DNA of 64,000 nucleotides from Eledone cirrhosa (lineage: Eukaryota), in the NCBI GenBank assembly GCA_964016885.1, contig OZ024743.1, positions 98,084,001-98,148,000 of the forward strand, read 5' to 3'. The notes beneath the pieces were generated by a model. That model was not told the origin of the DNA. It saw only the letters and a program-made list of their open reading frames with translations, and did no database searches. Position numbers and translations under genes: made by a program. Shown piece after piece: positions 53,293-64,000 of the stretch (positions are counted from its first letter, which is position 1; each line of letters begins with the position of its first letter).

Positions 53293-53478
53293 GGATTGGC
53301 AGTATCGGTAGAGGGTTAAACGTCATGCTTTGCAGCATAGAGTCACGGCCCTTTACGATCTGAGTTCAAATCCCGCTGAGGTTAACTTTGCCTTTCATCC
53401 TTAAGAGGTCGATAAAATAAAGAACCAGTAATACACTGGGGTTAATTGTTGGCTTTGAGCCAGAAGTAGAAACAATTA
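53293..53478 (+). mobile_element. SINE, dominant family
   Basis: Matches 576-760; further diverged copies at ~54450-54645 and ~55388-55593. Confidence 0.88.
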
Positions 53479-53587
53479 CATTATATTGCACTATGCTATA
53501 TCAAATTATATATACCATTAAATTTTAATCTAATTTATTATATGTATAGGTATTATTATGTATTTAGGGCATTTGTAATAAATTATA

Positions 53588-53982
53588 CAGATACAACATA
53601 GATTTTCTAGCATGTTTCGTTACAGACCTGTCCCGAATTATCCGCTTTGCCGGACTAAAAGCGGGCATGTAATAATAATTCCAGGAGACTGCCGGTCCAT
53701 AATAAATATTTTTTTCGCTACTAACTTTCACAACACACCTTTGTTGATGAAGTGAGAACATAATCTGAAGGTGGAAATACACTCCGTACATCGGAACTAT
53801 AACAATATTGCACGTCTTTTGTCACATGTACTTTACCAAGGATAAGTAACATAAGATAAAAATTTCCCTAATTCGAAAGAGCCACCGACATCTTTTATAT
53901 GGTGGCAAATGGTACACCATGTCGACTGTAGTTTCACAGCCACTCAAGTGGATCAGGCGCGGGAAAATCAGTGATGTATCTG
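53588..53982. mobile_element. MITE with TA duplication (Tc1/mariner-type)
   Basis: TA-CAGATACAACATAGATTTTC ... GAAAATCAGTGATGTATCTG-TA. Confidence 0.7.
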
Positions 53983-53984
53983 TA

Positions 53985-54445
53985 TTGTATTATATATATT
54001 ATGTTATATTATATTATACTATATTATATGATATTATATGATATTATATTATGTTTATTATATTGCATTGTATTTTAATATATTATATTGTATTATTTTT
54101 ATATTATATTGTATTATTTTTATATTATATTATATTATACTATATTATATTATTATTGATATTATATTATATTATATTATATTATATTGTATTATATTAT
54201 GTTATATTATATTATTATTGATATTATATTATATTGTATTATATTATGCTATATTATGCTATATTATGCTATATTATACTACATCATGTTATATTATATT
54301 ATGTTTTATTATATAATATTATATTACATCATAGTATATTGAATTATATTGCATTATATTATATATTATATTATGCAATATTATGCAATATTGTTATATC
54401 AAATCAGGTATTATTTTGCTTTCTGTTATATTGTATCACATTATA
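53985..54445. repeat. Degenerate (TATAT)n AT-rich repeat
   Basis: Direct reading. Confidence 0.9.
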
Positions 54446-56372
54446 GTGAAGGCCGAGGATTGTATCAGTAATTGTATTTACATACGAATTTCTAACTTCT
54501 GAGTTTAAATCCCGCCGAAATAAATTTTGCCCTTTATCCTTCTAGGGTCGGTAAAATAATGTACCAGTAAAGCACTCGGGTTGATTTATTCCAGGTTGCC
54601 CTTATCCCCGTATTTGCTGGCCTTCTGCCTAAATTATAAACCAACATTGTATTATATATTATCATATCATTTATATTATATTATTTTATAATACATTACA
54701 CTGTATTATCATATTACATTGGGTCAGGCAGAGATATGATATATGAGTGGATACGATATTGCATTAACAACTGATTGGCTCTGTGTTCTCAATGGAACTG
54801 ATCATTCTCCATTACTTTAGTCTGGAATAGGAAACATCTTTTGAGAATATTGTGAGATATATAGGGGTATCATATTAATTATTAAACTGTAAGAAAGAAC
54901 TCGTAATTGTTAGCTCTTCGGTGCTTGGGAAGTAACTTACTGCATTATATTGCAATATAATATATTACATATTTGTGGACACAGGCATGGGTGAATGTTT
55001 ATGAAGTTCATTTCACAATCACGAGGCTCTACATGGCATACTCAGCAAGCAGCATTTGCCATAGTCTCGAGCCGACCTAGGCCTTGTGGGTGAAAGTTGG
55101 TAAACGAAAACTATACGGAAGCTCGTAAGATACATTGTGCCTATAATTCAAGTGAACAGCCTTATCGTATGTTGTGTCACCCTCGGCTATGGAAGTAAGT
55201 AAACCATGAATTGGACCTTCAGTTCATCGAATAACTGAATAGCCATTGTTAAAGTGGCAGATGATCCATCAACATCATCACATGATTCATTGGATAAAGG
55301 TATATCATAATACCACAGTACATTATTTTAGTATCAAATTATTTAAAATTACATTTTACTGCATTCTCTTGACATAATGTTATGTTAGGGCGGCGTGTTG
55401 GCTAAAACTTTAGATCAACGGACGAAATGCTTAGTTATGGCCCTCTACGTTCTGAGTTCAAATTTTGCCAAGGTCAACTTAGCCTTTCATTCTTCTGGGA
55501 TTGATAAAATAGAGTACCAGTAAAGTACACGGTCGATATAATCGATTTCCCCTGCCCTCAATGTTCTGGTCGTTTACCTAAATTAGAAATCATTATATAT
55601 CACTCGTATATAGTTCTGTTATATATATATGTTTGTATAATGGTTCAATATTGTTTTGTTCAAATCATTAAAGAAATAATTTTGTTGATAAGTATAAACT
55701 CTACAATAGACCTGGTAAGCTGTATTATATATTACACAGTACTATACCGATTTACATTATGTTGATTTTATGTTTACGTAATATTATACAATGTTGTGTA
55801 ATTTTATTATATAAAATACATTTCATTATATGAAGGCACAGTAGGCTGCATGCTAAAGTACTAGTCTACTCATGACATACAGGATTATCTATGAATTTCA
55901 AAGATGCGGATTCATTTGTTTAATAACTTCTACCTGTTAAATTACCGTGTGGCTAAATATCCCACAGGTATATGTACTCTCAATATATTTCTCAGGTAAA
56001 ATCAACGTGACACAATCTTTTCATCTACCCAATTTCACTGATAGTCATAGTTGGATCCGAGGCTATGTTAAATGACCCTTGCTCAAGATGCCATGTAAAG
56101 GAATCGAACCCCGTTATTGTGAAGAAACAAGCTTCTTAACCACTCAACCATGCCTGTGCCTATTAATATCGTAATGACCCTATTATAGTCATTTTCATAT
56201 ATCCATAGAGCAAGGTTTCAACAGCCTCCTGTTCCTCATATAATACAGATTTCATTTGTTACTTCACAGTTGTTTTGTTATAAATGTGTAACATTGTAAG
56301 TAAAGTTTATAGCTGTAAGAAATATTGCTCCAACCATAGTCATTCCAACAATGCAAGCAAGGACAAAATATA

Positions 56373-56565
56373 GACCTGTCAACTCTCCCTGTCTGACGGG
56401 GAGATCTCCCACCCACTTTGGGGCAGGTGAGAGGTGTCTTCTCTTGTGAAAATGGGTATAGCTTTTATTATGTAAAATCTCCTCGTTTTGCCTCATTTCT
56501 CCCTGTTTGGGGGCACTTTGTTTTTCATGGTATTCCCCGTTTGGGTTTTTAGAGGTTGCCAGGTC
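56373..56565. mobile_element. Small MITE with short inverted termini
   Basis: GACCTGTCAACTCT ... AGAGGTTGCCAGGTC. Confidence 0.5.
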
Positions 56566-56636
56566 AGATACATACATACATACATACATACATACATACA
56601 TACATACATACATACATACATACATACATACATACA

Positions 56637-56667
<31 letters not shown>

Positions 56668-56837
56668 CTACCTAGTTGATGTTGTGTAAATTCCAATGAG
56701 AGAGTCTTGTGTCTATGTTAGAAACCGACTCTCTCTCTATTGGTAAAAATTTGTGAAGTTATAAAACCAGAAGAACATACATACATACATACACACATAC
56801 ACACATACATACACACATACACACATACATACATACA

Positions 56838-59075
56838 TGAGGGCTGCAAAATCTGCTAAGAGTATTGCTATCGTTTGTCAGCTTATAGAGTTTGGTGCAC
56901 TTTTAGCCTACAGCCAGTCACACAAACCTGTAATATAGCCTGAACAAGCAATGCCTGTGCTTTGAAGGTTTTTTAAGTGGGGAAAGACCTTGCACTCGAC
57001 CAATCCCACTCTCTGATCATCGAAACGCTACCAGAAAAGGAGAATTGATCAACATCTTCGGATGCTTCCGAAGGTGTTGTGACAACAACTGGGGCCTTTC
57101 ACACCTAGGTGAAAAAAAAGTACTATTTGGATGGCCATTGACTCTGTTGAGTTCCTCCGCCCTTTGCCAGGTCTTTCATCCTACAGGTTGTCTAGATATC
57201 ACCCTCCTCACCAAGCAAGCTTGGTGGAGTTGCCGGTTTAGTCGCCGACGACCCGACCATGAGACAGGTTGAACTGGGTTACATGTTACCAGTAGCACTC
57301 GAGAGCGACCTGACATACATACATACATACATACATACATACATACATACATACATACATACATACATACATACATACATACATGGTGGCTGCCAACTCA
57401 TTTTCGAGTACGGCCACTACTTTATATCCATGTAGGAGAACCCCTACCGATGCGCTGAACGAGTGTGACTTTTTAGTCCAGCCAGCGATTTAAAAGCTCT
57501 GGTACAAACACTACACTTGTGACAATTATTGACACATAGTGCTGGGCCCATGGTACCATGTGACGACACGTGCAGAGAGATCTCCAGATACAAAGCAATG
57601 CCTGTGCCATGAAGCTTTTATAGTGAGCAAAGGCACTGCACAAAGCCAGTCCCACTCTCTTAACCAAGATGATATTTACCAAAAAGAAGAACAAGTCAAC
57701 ATCATTGGATACCATCAGGGTTGCAGGTGTTATATCAGTGTTTTCCTTCTCCTAGAATTCTGCCTTGACAAAGGCTAAGGGGTCATCTCTCCCAGTGATT
57801 TTGGATGGCCATTGACTCTTAAGAGCTCCTTTGCCCTTTGACAGGTTTTGTTTTTAGTCCTGCAGGATGTCCAAAGTCACCCTCCTCACCAAGAAACCTT
57901 GGTGGGGTTGCCAGTTTAGTCGCCAACGACCCGACCATGAGACAGGTTGTACTGGGATACATGTTACCAGTAGCACCAAGTGGTGACCTGACATAAGTGG
58001 TGACATACATACATACATACATACATACATACATACATACATACATACATACATACATACATAATGGCTGCCCCCTCGTTATCGAGTATGGCCATTGCAC
58101 GATATACCATTATTAATAATTATTAATTAATTCTATCATGCAATGCCTGTGCGTGAAGATATTTTTTAAAGTGAGGAAAGACTGTGCACTGAGCCAATCC
58201 CACTCTCTGACTGACAGTAGCTATAACCCGAAAAGAAGAAAAGATCAACATCATCAGTAACTACTGAGCCGCAGGTTTTATATCGGAGTTATCCCAGTTT
58301 CCTGAGTTGCCTTCTCCTAGAAGAATGCTCTGACAAAGGCTAGGGGTCCTTCACGCCCAATGGTTTAACCGCGCGGTACATGTGTATATACATATTTACA
58401 CACTTTCGGATGGTCATTGACTCTTATGAGTTCTTCCGCCCTTTGTCAGGTTTTGTTTTTTGTCCTGCAGGGTGTCCAAAATCATCCTCCTCACCAAGTA
58501 TACTTGGTGGGGTTGCCGGTTTAGTCGCCGACAACCCGACCATGCGACAGGTTGCATACTGGGTTACATGTTACCAGTAGCACTCAAGAGTGACCCGACA
58601 TAACATACATACATACATACATACATACATACATACATACATACATACATACATACATACATACATACATACATGGTGGCTGCCAACTCATTTTCGAGTA
58701 CGGCCACTACTTTATATCCATGTAGGAGAACCCCTACCGATGCGCTGAACGAGTGTGACTTTTTAGTCCAGCCAGCGATTTAAAAGCTCTGGTACAAACA
58801 CTACACTTGTGACAATTATTGACACATAGTCCTGGGCCCATGGTACCATGTGACGACACGTGCAGAGAGATCTCCAGATATAAAGCAATGCCTGTGCCGT
58901 GAAGCTTTTATAGTGAGCAAAGGCACTGCACAAAGCCAGTCCCACTCTCTTAACCAAGATGATATGTACCAAAAAGAAGAACAAGTCAACATCATTGGAT
59001 ACCATCAGGGTTGCAGGTGTTATATCAGAGTTTTCCTTCTCCTAGAATTCTGCCTTGACAAAGGCTAAGGGGTCA
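56838..59075 (-). mobile_element. Tandem array of four non-coding RTE-derived units separated by (ACAT)n
   Basis: Units 56838-57314, 57385-58004, 58063-58600 and 58675-59075 share blocks. Minus strand has CTAGGAGAAGGAAAACTCTGA (recalled as an RTE 5'-UTR motif). Unit 4 is near-identical to part of unit 2. Confidence 0.75.
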
Positions 59076-59151
59076 TACATACATACATACATACATACAT
59101 ACATACATACATACATACATACATACATACATACATACATACATACACATA

Positions 59152-60192
59152 TAGTAACCCTGAAGCAAACCTTCAACAGAGGAAAAAGGTTGGCAACCAT
59201 CTTGCCCAGGTTTATGAGCATGAAGAAAAAAATATCATTAGGATAGCCACTGATCTGGAAGAGAGATATGGAATAAAGCCTGATATAAATCTCTCACCCA
59301 GAGAAATCGGAAGATCCTATTCAATGTTCAAACAAGATGAAACAATTGACCAATTTACAGAAAAAGTTGTGCATGGATACTTGAGACGTAAAACACAGAC
59401 CATAGAGGGGATAAACCACTCAATAAGCCTGGCATGTAGTTCCGACAAGTTTATGACATCACACCTTGAGGGATATCTCTATGCAATACAGGAACAAGAA
59501 CTCCCTACCAAATATCTGCTGCACAAAAGTGGAGGGCCGTCAGCTGACAATAAATTTAGGCTATGTAAAACAAAGATCGAGGATGTAAGCCACATTGTTG
59601 CCAGCTGCGAAAGAATGTCATCTCGCTACTACCTCCCCATGAGATACGATGGGATAGCTAGAACCATCTGGAACGCACTTCGGAGAACAAAATTAACAAA
59701 CGAGGAAGAATATATCGAGACAGATGGCACTAAGGAATACTGGTGGAACCTGAAAATAAAAACTGCCACCAAATTAAAGCACAACCGGCCTGATATTGTT
59801 GTTTGGGACCACACATTGAAAACGTGTTCTGTTGTGGAGATCAGCTGCCCACTTGATGTAAACGTTGTCAGAAAAATACAGGAGAAGGAGGACATCTACG
59901 GACTATTGATGAGGAGTTTACAAATCTAGTATCCAAGATACACCTTTAGCTTCATACTCATCATTATTGGAGCTACGGGTTATATACCAACCCGCTTGGA
60001 CCAATGTATAACTGAACTTGGATTTGCGCAGCTCCTTAATTCATAGTCTACAAATGGCTGCGATAGCTGGCACCTTCAAAATTTGCAAAACATTCTTGCG
60101 ATTCAAGGGATGACAATTTCTTTTCTTTTACAACCTTGCCACCAGGAATGTGGCCGGTCAAAAAAATATACTCGAAATTAAGAGAAAGAGAT
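59152..60192 (+). mobile_element. Second R4/Dong-like LINE family, 3' fragment (zinc motif plus restriction-like endonuclease), in (ACAT)n
   Basis: AIQEQ, RLCKTKIEDVSHIVASC, RYD, KHNRPDIVV, VEISCP, IIIGATG; CATA repeats on both sides. Confidence 0.85.
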
Positions 60193-61112
60193 AACATACA
60201 TACATACATACATGCATACATACATACATACATACATACATACATACATACATACATACATACATACATACATACATACATACATGGCAGGTCTGAAATT
60301 AGATAGAAGATCGTAAATATATAACAACTAGTGGAGCCGTTCAATCGATAGGGACATGAATGACATTAAACATATTTATTTTTGGACTCTGTTATCGATA
60401 TGTCATATATACCGAGATTACTGGATATGTGAACAATCATACAACCTATGAAATTTGCGTTATTGTAGATTAAGGGATGGCATAAGAGAAAGCCTATAGT
60501 ATATTTTAATTACTCTCACGAGGAAATTATTAAACATAGTGAAGATGTTAAATTTATTTTTAGCGTATTATTACATAAATATTCAGCATATATATACAAA
60601 TGACATAGAGAATTAAATGTATAAGTTTGGAGAAATGATTAGTTAAAGTATCTTGTGGTAGGAAAGTGAACTTCTTATTGTAGTATCATGACAAATCTAA
60701 GAAATTTATTGTGTGTATATATGAGTGAGTATGTTTATGTTACAGACAGATATATATATATATATAATCAACCATATATATGTAATCAACCATAGCGTGT
60801 TATGGTTGATGGAAGAGTTCCATTGTCACATTAAAGCAATGACTACAGTTTTTACAATTTTTAATTTTCAAAAGCGCTTTCTTTTGTGTGTTGTTTTTTT
60901 TATTGTTATTCTTTATACTGGTTTCAGTCATTAGACGGTGGTCATCCTCGGAAATGTTTTAGCTGATCATATTTGCCCCAGGGCTTTTTATTTCAGTGTA
61001 CTACTTATTTTATCGGTCACAATGTACTGAGGTGCGAAATTACGGGACATACCTAAACACAATACAAAGGAATTTAAGCCAGCATAAACATAACCACGCG
61101 CATACAAATATG

Positions 61113-61211
<99 letters not shown>

Positions 61212-61293
61212 GAGAGAGAGGGGGAGAGTGGACGTTAGGAAACATTCTACACCGAATACGTTATATAACAAAAAGCATAGTAAAAAAACAAAA

Positions 61294-61601
61294 GTTTTGA
61301 AAAGCACATCTGGTGTATATATAAAAGTATCTTTATAACATGTATAAAATATTGATCTTAGCAAAGCCTGCTTTCTCCGTTTGGGATTTTCAAAACATTT
61401 GTTATTCATTTAAATTGTTTTTTCGTACATTGGAATGTAATCAATAATCCGAATGCAGGAGTATTAACGAAGAAAACAATTGAGCCTAATAACAAATGTT
61501 TTGAAAATCTAAAACGGAGAAAGCAGGCTTTGCTAAGATAAATTTGTTATACATGTTATAAAGATACTTTCTATATATACACCAGATGTGCTTTTCGAAA
61601 C
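61294..61601. mobile_element. Fold-back element (~133-bp arms, 40-nt loop)
   Basis: 61294-61426 is inverted to 61467-61601; TTGAAAATC..GGAGAAAGCAGGCTTTGC resembles the degenerate hammerhead of 1307-1438. Confidence 0.8.
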
Positions 61602-61851
61602 CTTTTTTCTTATTATCATTGTAATATACATATAATGGCTTTCTGAGAAATGGAAACCAATACCTAAATAAAGTATATATCTTTATTGAAAGTACATTCT
61701 CAAGCAGTATCTGACCAATTTCATTTCAGTTGAATATCACCGAACTATTTTTTCAGTGGGATTTGGTAGACGGTAACTTTGCAGAAGCTCATCCTTGACA
61801 CACACTTATATATATATATGTGTGTATGTGTGTGTGTGTGTGTGTATTACG

Positions 61852-61886
<35 letters not shown>

Positions 61887-61889
61887 TAC

Positions 61890-62045
<156 letters not shown>

Positions 62046-62993
62046 AAGATGTGCCACCTCACAGTTTCCAAATTTCTCTCACAACATATTGGTCAACCCG
62101 GGGTTAATGTAGAAGGTTGCCTTAGGTGCTGCGCAGTTGAATCGAAACTGAAACCACATCGCTGCAAAGCAGACTTCATAACCACAAGCCATATCTGCAT
62201 CTAACAAAATGTCAAACGGTTTCGTCACACTTTTGTAATCCGCTCGATGACATTATTTTTTTCTTTTAGATATAGTGTAATTGTGTCAGTTATGAATACC
62301 AAATTCTTCATCGGGTCATTTTTGTTTGTTTTTAAATGACTAAACAATAAGAATTCACCACCGTTAAGCCGGCAGTCCTATGCCTTAAATCCTCAACAAT
62401 CTCCCCTCTACTATTAAGACATATTGTGTATTTCCTCCCTGCGACACCTCTTCTTCAACTTTCGTCTGGTGACAATACGAGTAAATTATTATATATTAAT
62501 AGAAACTATATTTAAATTGTATTATGTGATATTACACTATGAAATATATCATTTTGTTCGACTCTATCATTATATTATATTTATATACCATTGCAATATT
62601 TTATGGGGTATTATATCATGCACCATATTTTATTCAAATTGTGTTGCAATAAAATATATTCTTATCATATATTTGTTATTTTGCATTGGAATATATGGTT
62701 TTTTAACATAGGCAGAACGCCCCATTTATTTTTTTACAGAAGTTAATTATATTAATTATATCGACCCAATATTTGCTTGGTGTTTATTTTATTGACGTCA
62801 GAAAAATGATGCGTAAAGTTCACTGTGGCTGGTTTCAACATCATAAAGGGACATATCTAAATATCGTTACATTGTAGTTTGATACTTCAGTCATCTTACC
62901 AATCTAACACCCTTTAAAGTCTAAAATAATACCAAGTATCGTTTCATATTATATTATATATCATATATTTATAAATTATAATTATTTGGTCAA

Positions 62994-63181
62994 GGTGGAT
63001 TGGCAGTATCAGTAGAGGGTCTGACGCCATGCTTTGCAGCATAGAGTTACGGCCCTTTATGGTCTGAGTTCAAATCCCGCCAAGGTTAACTTTGCCTTTC
63101 ATCTTTACGGGATCGATAAAATAAAGTACCAGTAATGTACTGGGATAATTGCTGGCCTTGTGCCAAAATTAGAAACAATTA
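62994..63181 (+). mobile_element. SINE, dominant family, full length
   Basis: Matches 576-760. Confidence 0.9.
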
Positions 63182-63483
63182 TATATCATATATTATATTT
63201 ATTATGCCAGTAGCCCAAAGTACATGAAAAGATGCTAGCCTTCCAATTCAAGAAAGTCCTTTTTTTACAACATTATCGGTGGATGGCAAAACTATTAGAG
63301 CAGCAAATGAAATCTTTGGTTAGACATGCCTCTTTCCATTTTGAATTCAAATCTCACTCGGATTGATTATGTCATCCTTCTAGGTTAATGAAATAATTAC
63401 CAGTATTGGAGGATGATTTTATTGACAATGCCTGTCTAATAAATCGTCTAGCATTCTAACAATGAATGAAATCAATATTATTA

Positions 63484-63766
<283 letters not shown>

Positions 63767-63767
63767 A

Positions 63768-63953
63768 AATCGTTAGAGAGTCAGGCAAAATGCTTTGAGG
63801 CATTATGACTTCCGGTTCCAATTCTCTTGAGGTTAACTTTGCCTCCATCCTTCCAAGGTCGATAAAATAAAGTACCTATCAAACACTGGCGTCGATTTAA
63901 TTGACTTTCCCCTTCCCAAACATTGCTGGCCTGGTTCCAAAATTAGAAAATAA

Positions 63954-63955
<2 letters not shown>
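63768..63955 (+). mobile_element. Diverged SINE ending in (ATT)n
   Basis: GGTTAACTTTGCCTCCATCCTTCCAAGGTCGATAAAATAAAGTACC core and TGCTGGCCTGGTTCCAAAATTAGAAA tail. Confidence 0.75.
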
Positions 63956-63985
<30 letters not shown>

Positions 63986-64000
63986 GTTGCTTTATATTAT

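Noticed and set aside
56568-59150. CRISPR-like repeat-spacer array
   Set aside because: Repeats are variable-length (ACAT)n and the spacers are homologous 400-620 bp elements; eukaryotic context with no cas genes.

Overview
AT-rich, microsatellite-laden animal genomic DNA. The SINE families and the TA/CA/ACAT/AAT repeat load suggest an octopod cephalopod, which is an inference only. I see no intact host gene, rRNA, true tRNA or CRISPR. The window is a nest of decayed mobile elements: several Penelope-like elements (PLEs; Naiad-, Neptune- and Poseidon-like), a full-length R4/Dong LINE plus fragments, three Tx1/L1-like LINEs, RTE and CRE fragments, a Gypsy pol relic split by a FLYWCH-MULE transposon, MITEs and more than 15 tRNA-derived SINEs. 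The most notable signal is a set of about 8 asymmetric fold-back hairpins built from PLE terminal repeats, mostly in (TA)n tracts. Many carry minimal type I hammerhead ribozyme motifs; one hairpin has two intact, oppositely oriented motifs, and one solo insert matches the predicted ribozyme cleavage product. Other observations are 3'-tail similarity between the dominant SINE and the Tx1-like LINE, sorting of retroelement families by microsatellite type, an (ACAT)n-punctuated array of RTE-derived units with a possible HDV-like ribozyme, and a possible Ig-domain pseudo-exon. Coordinates were read by eye and may be off by a few bases.
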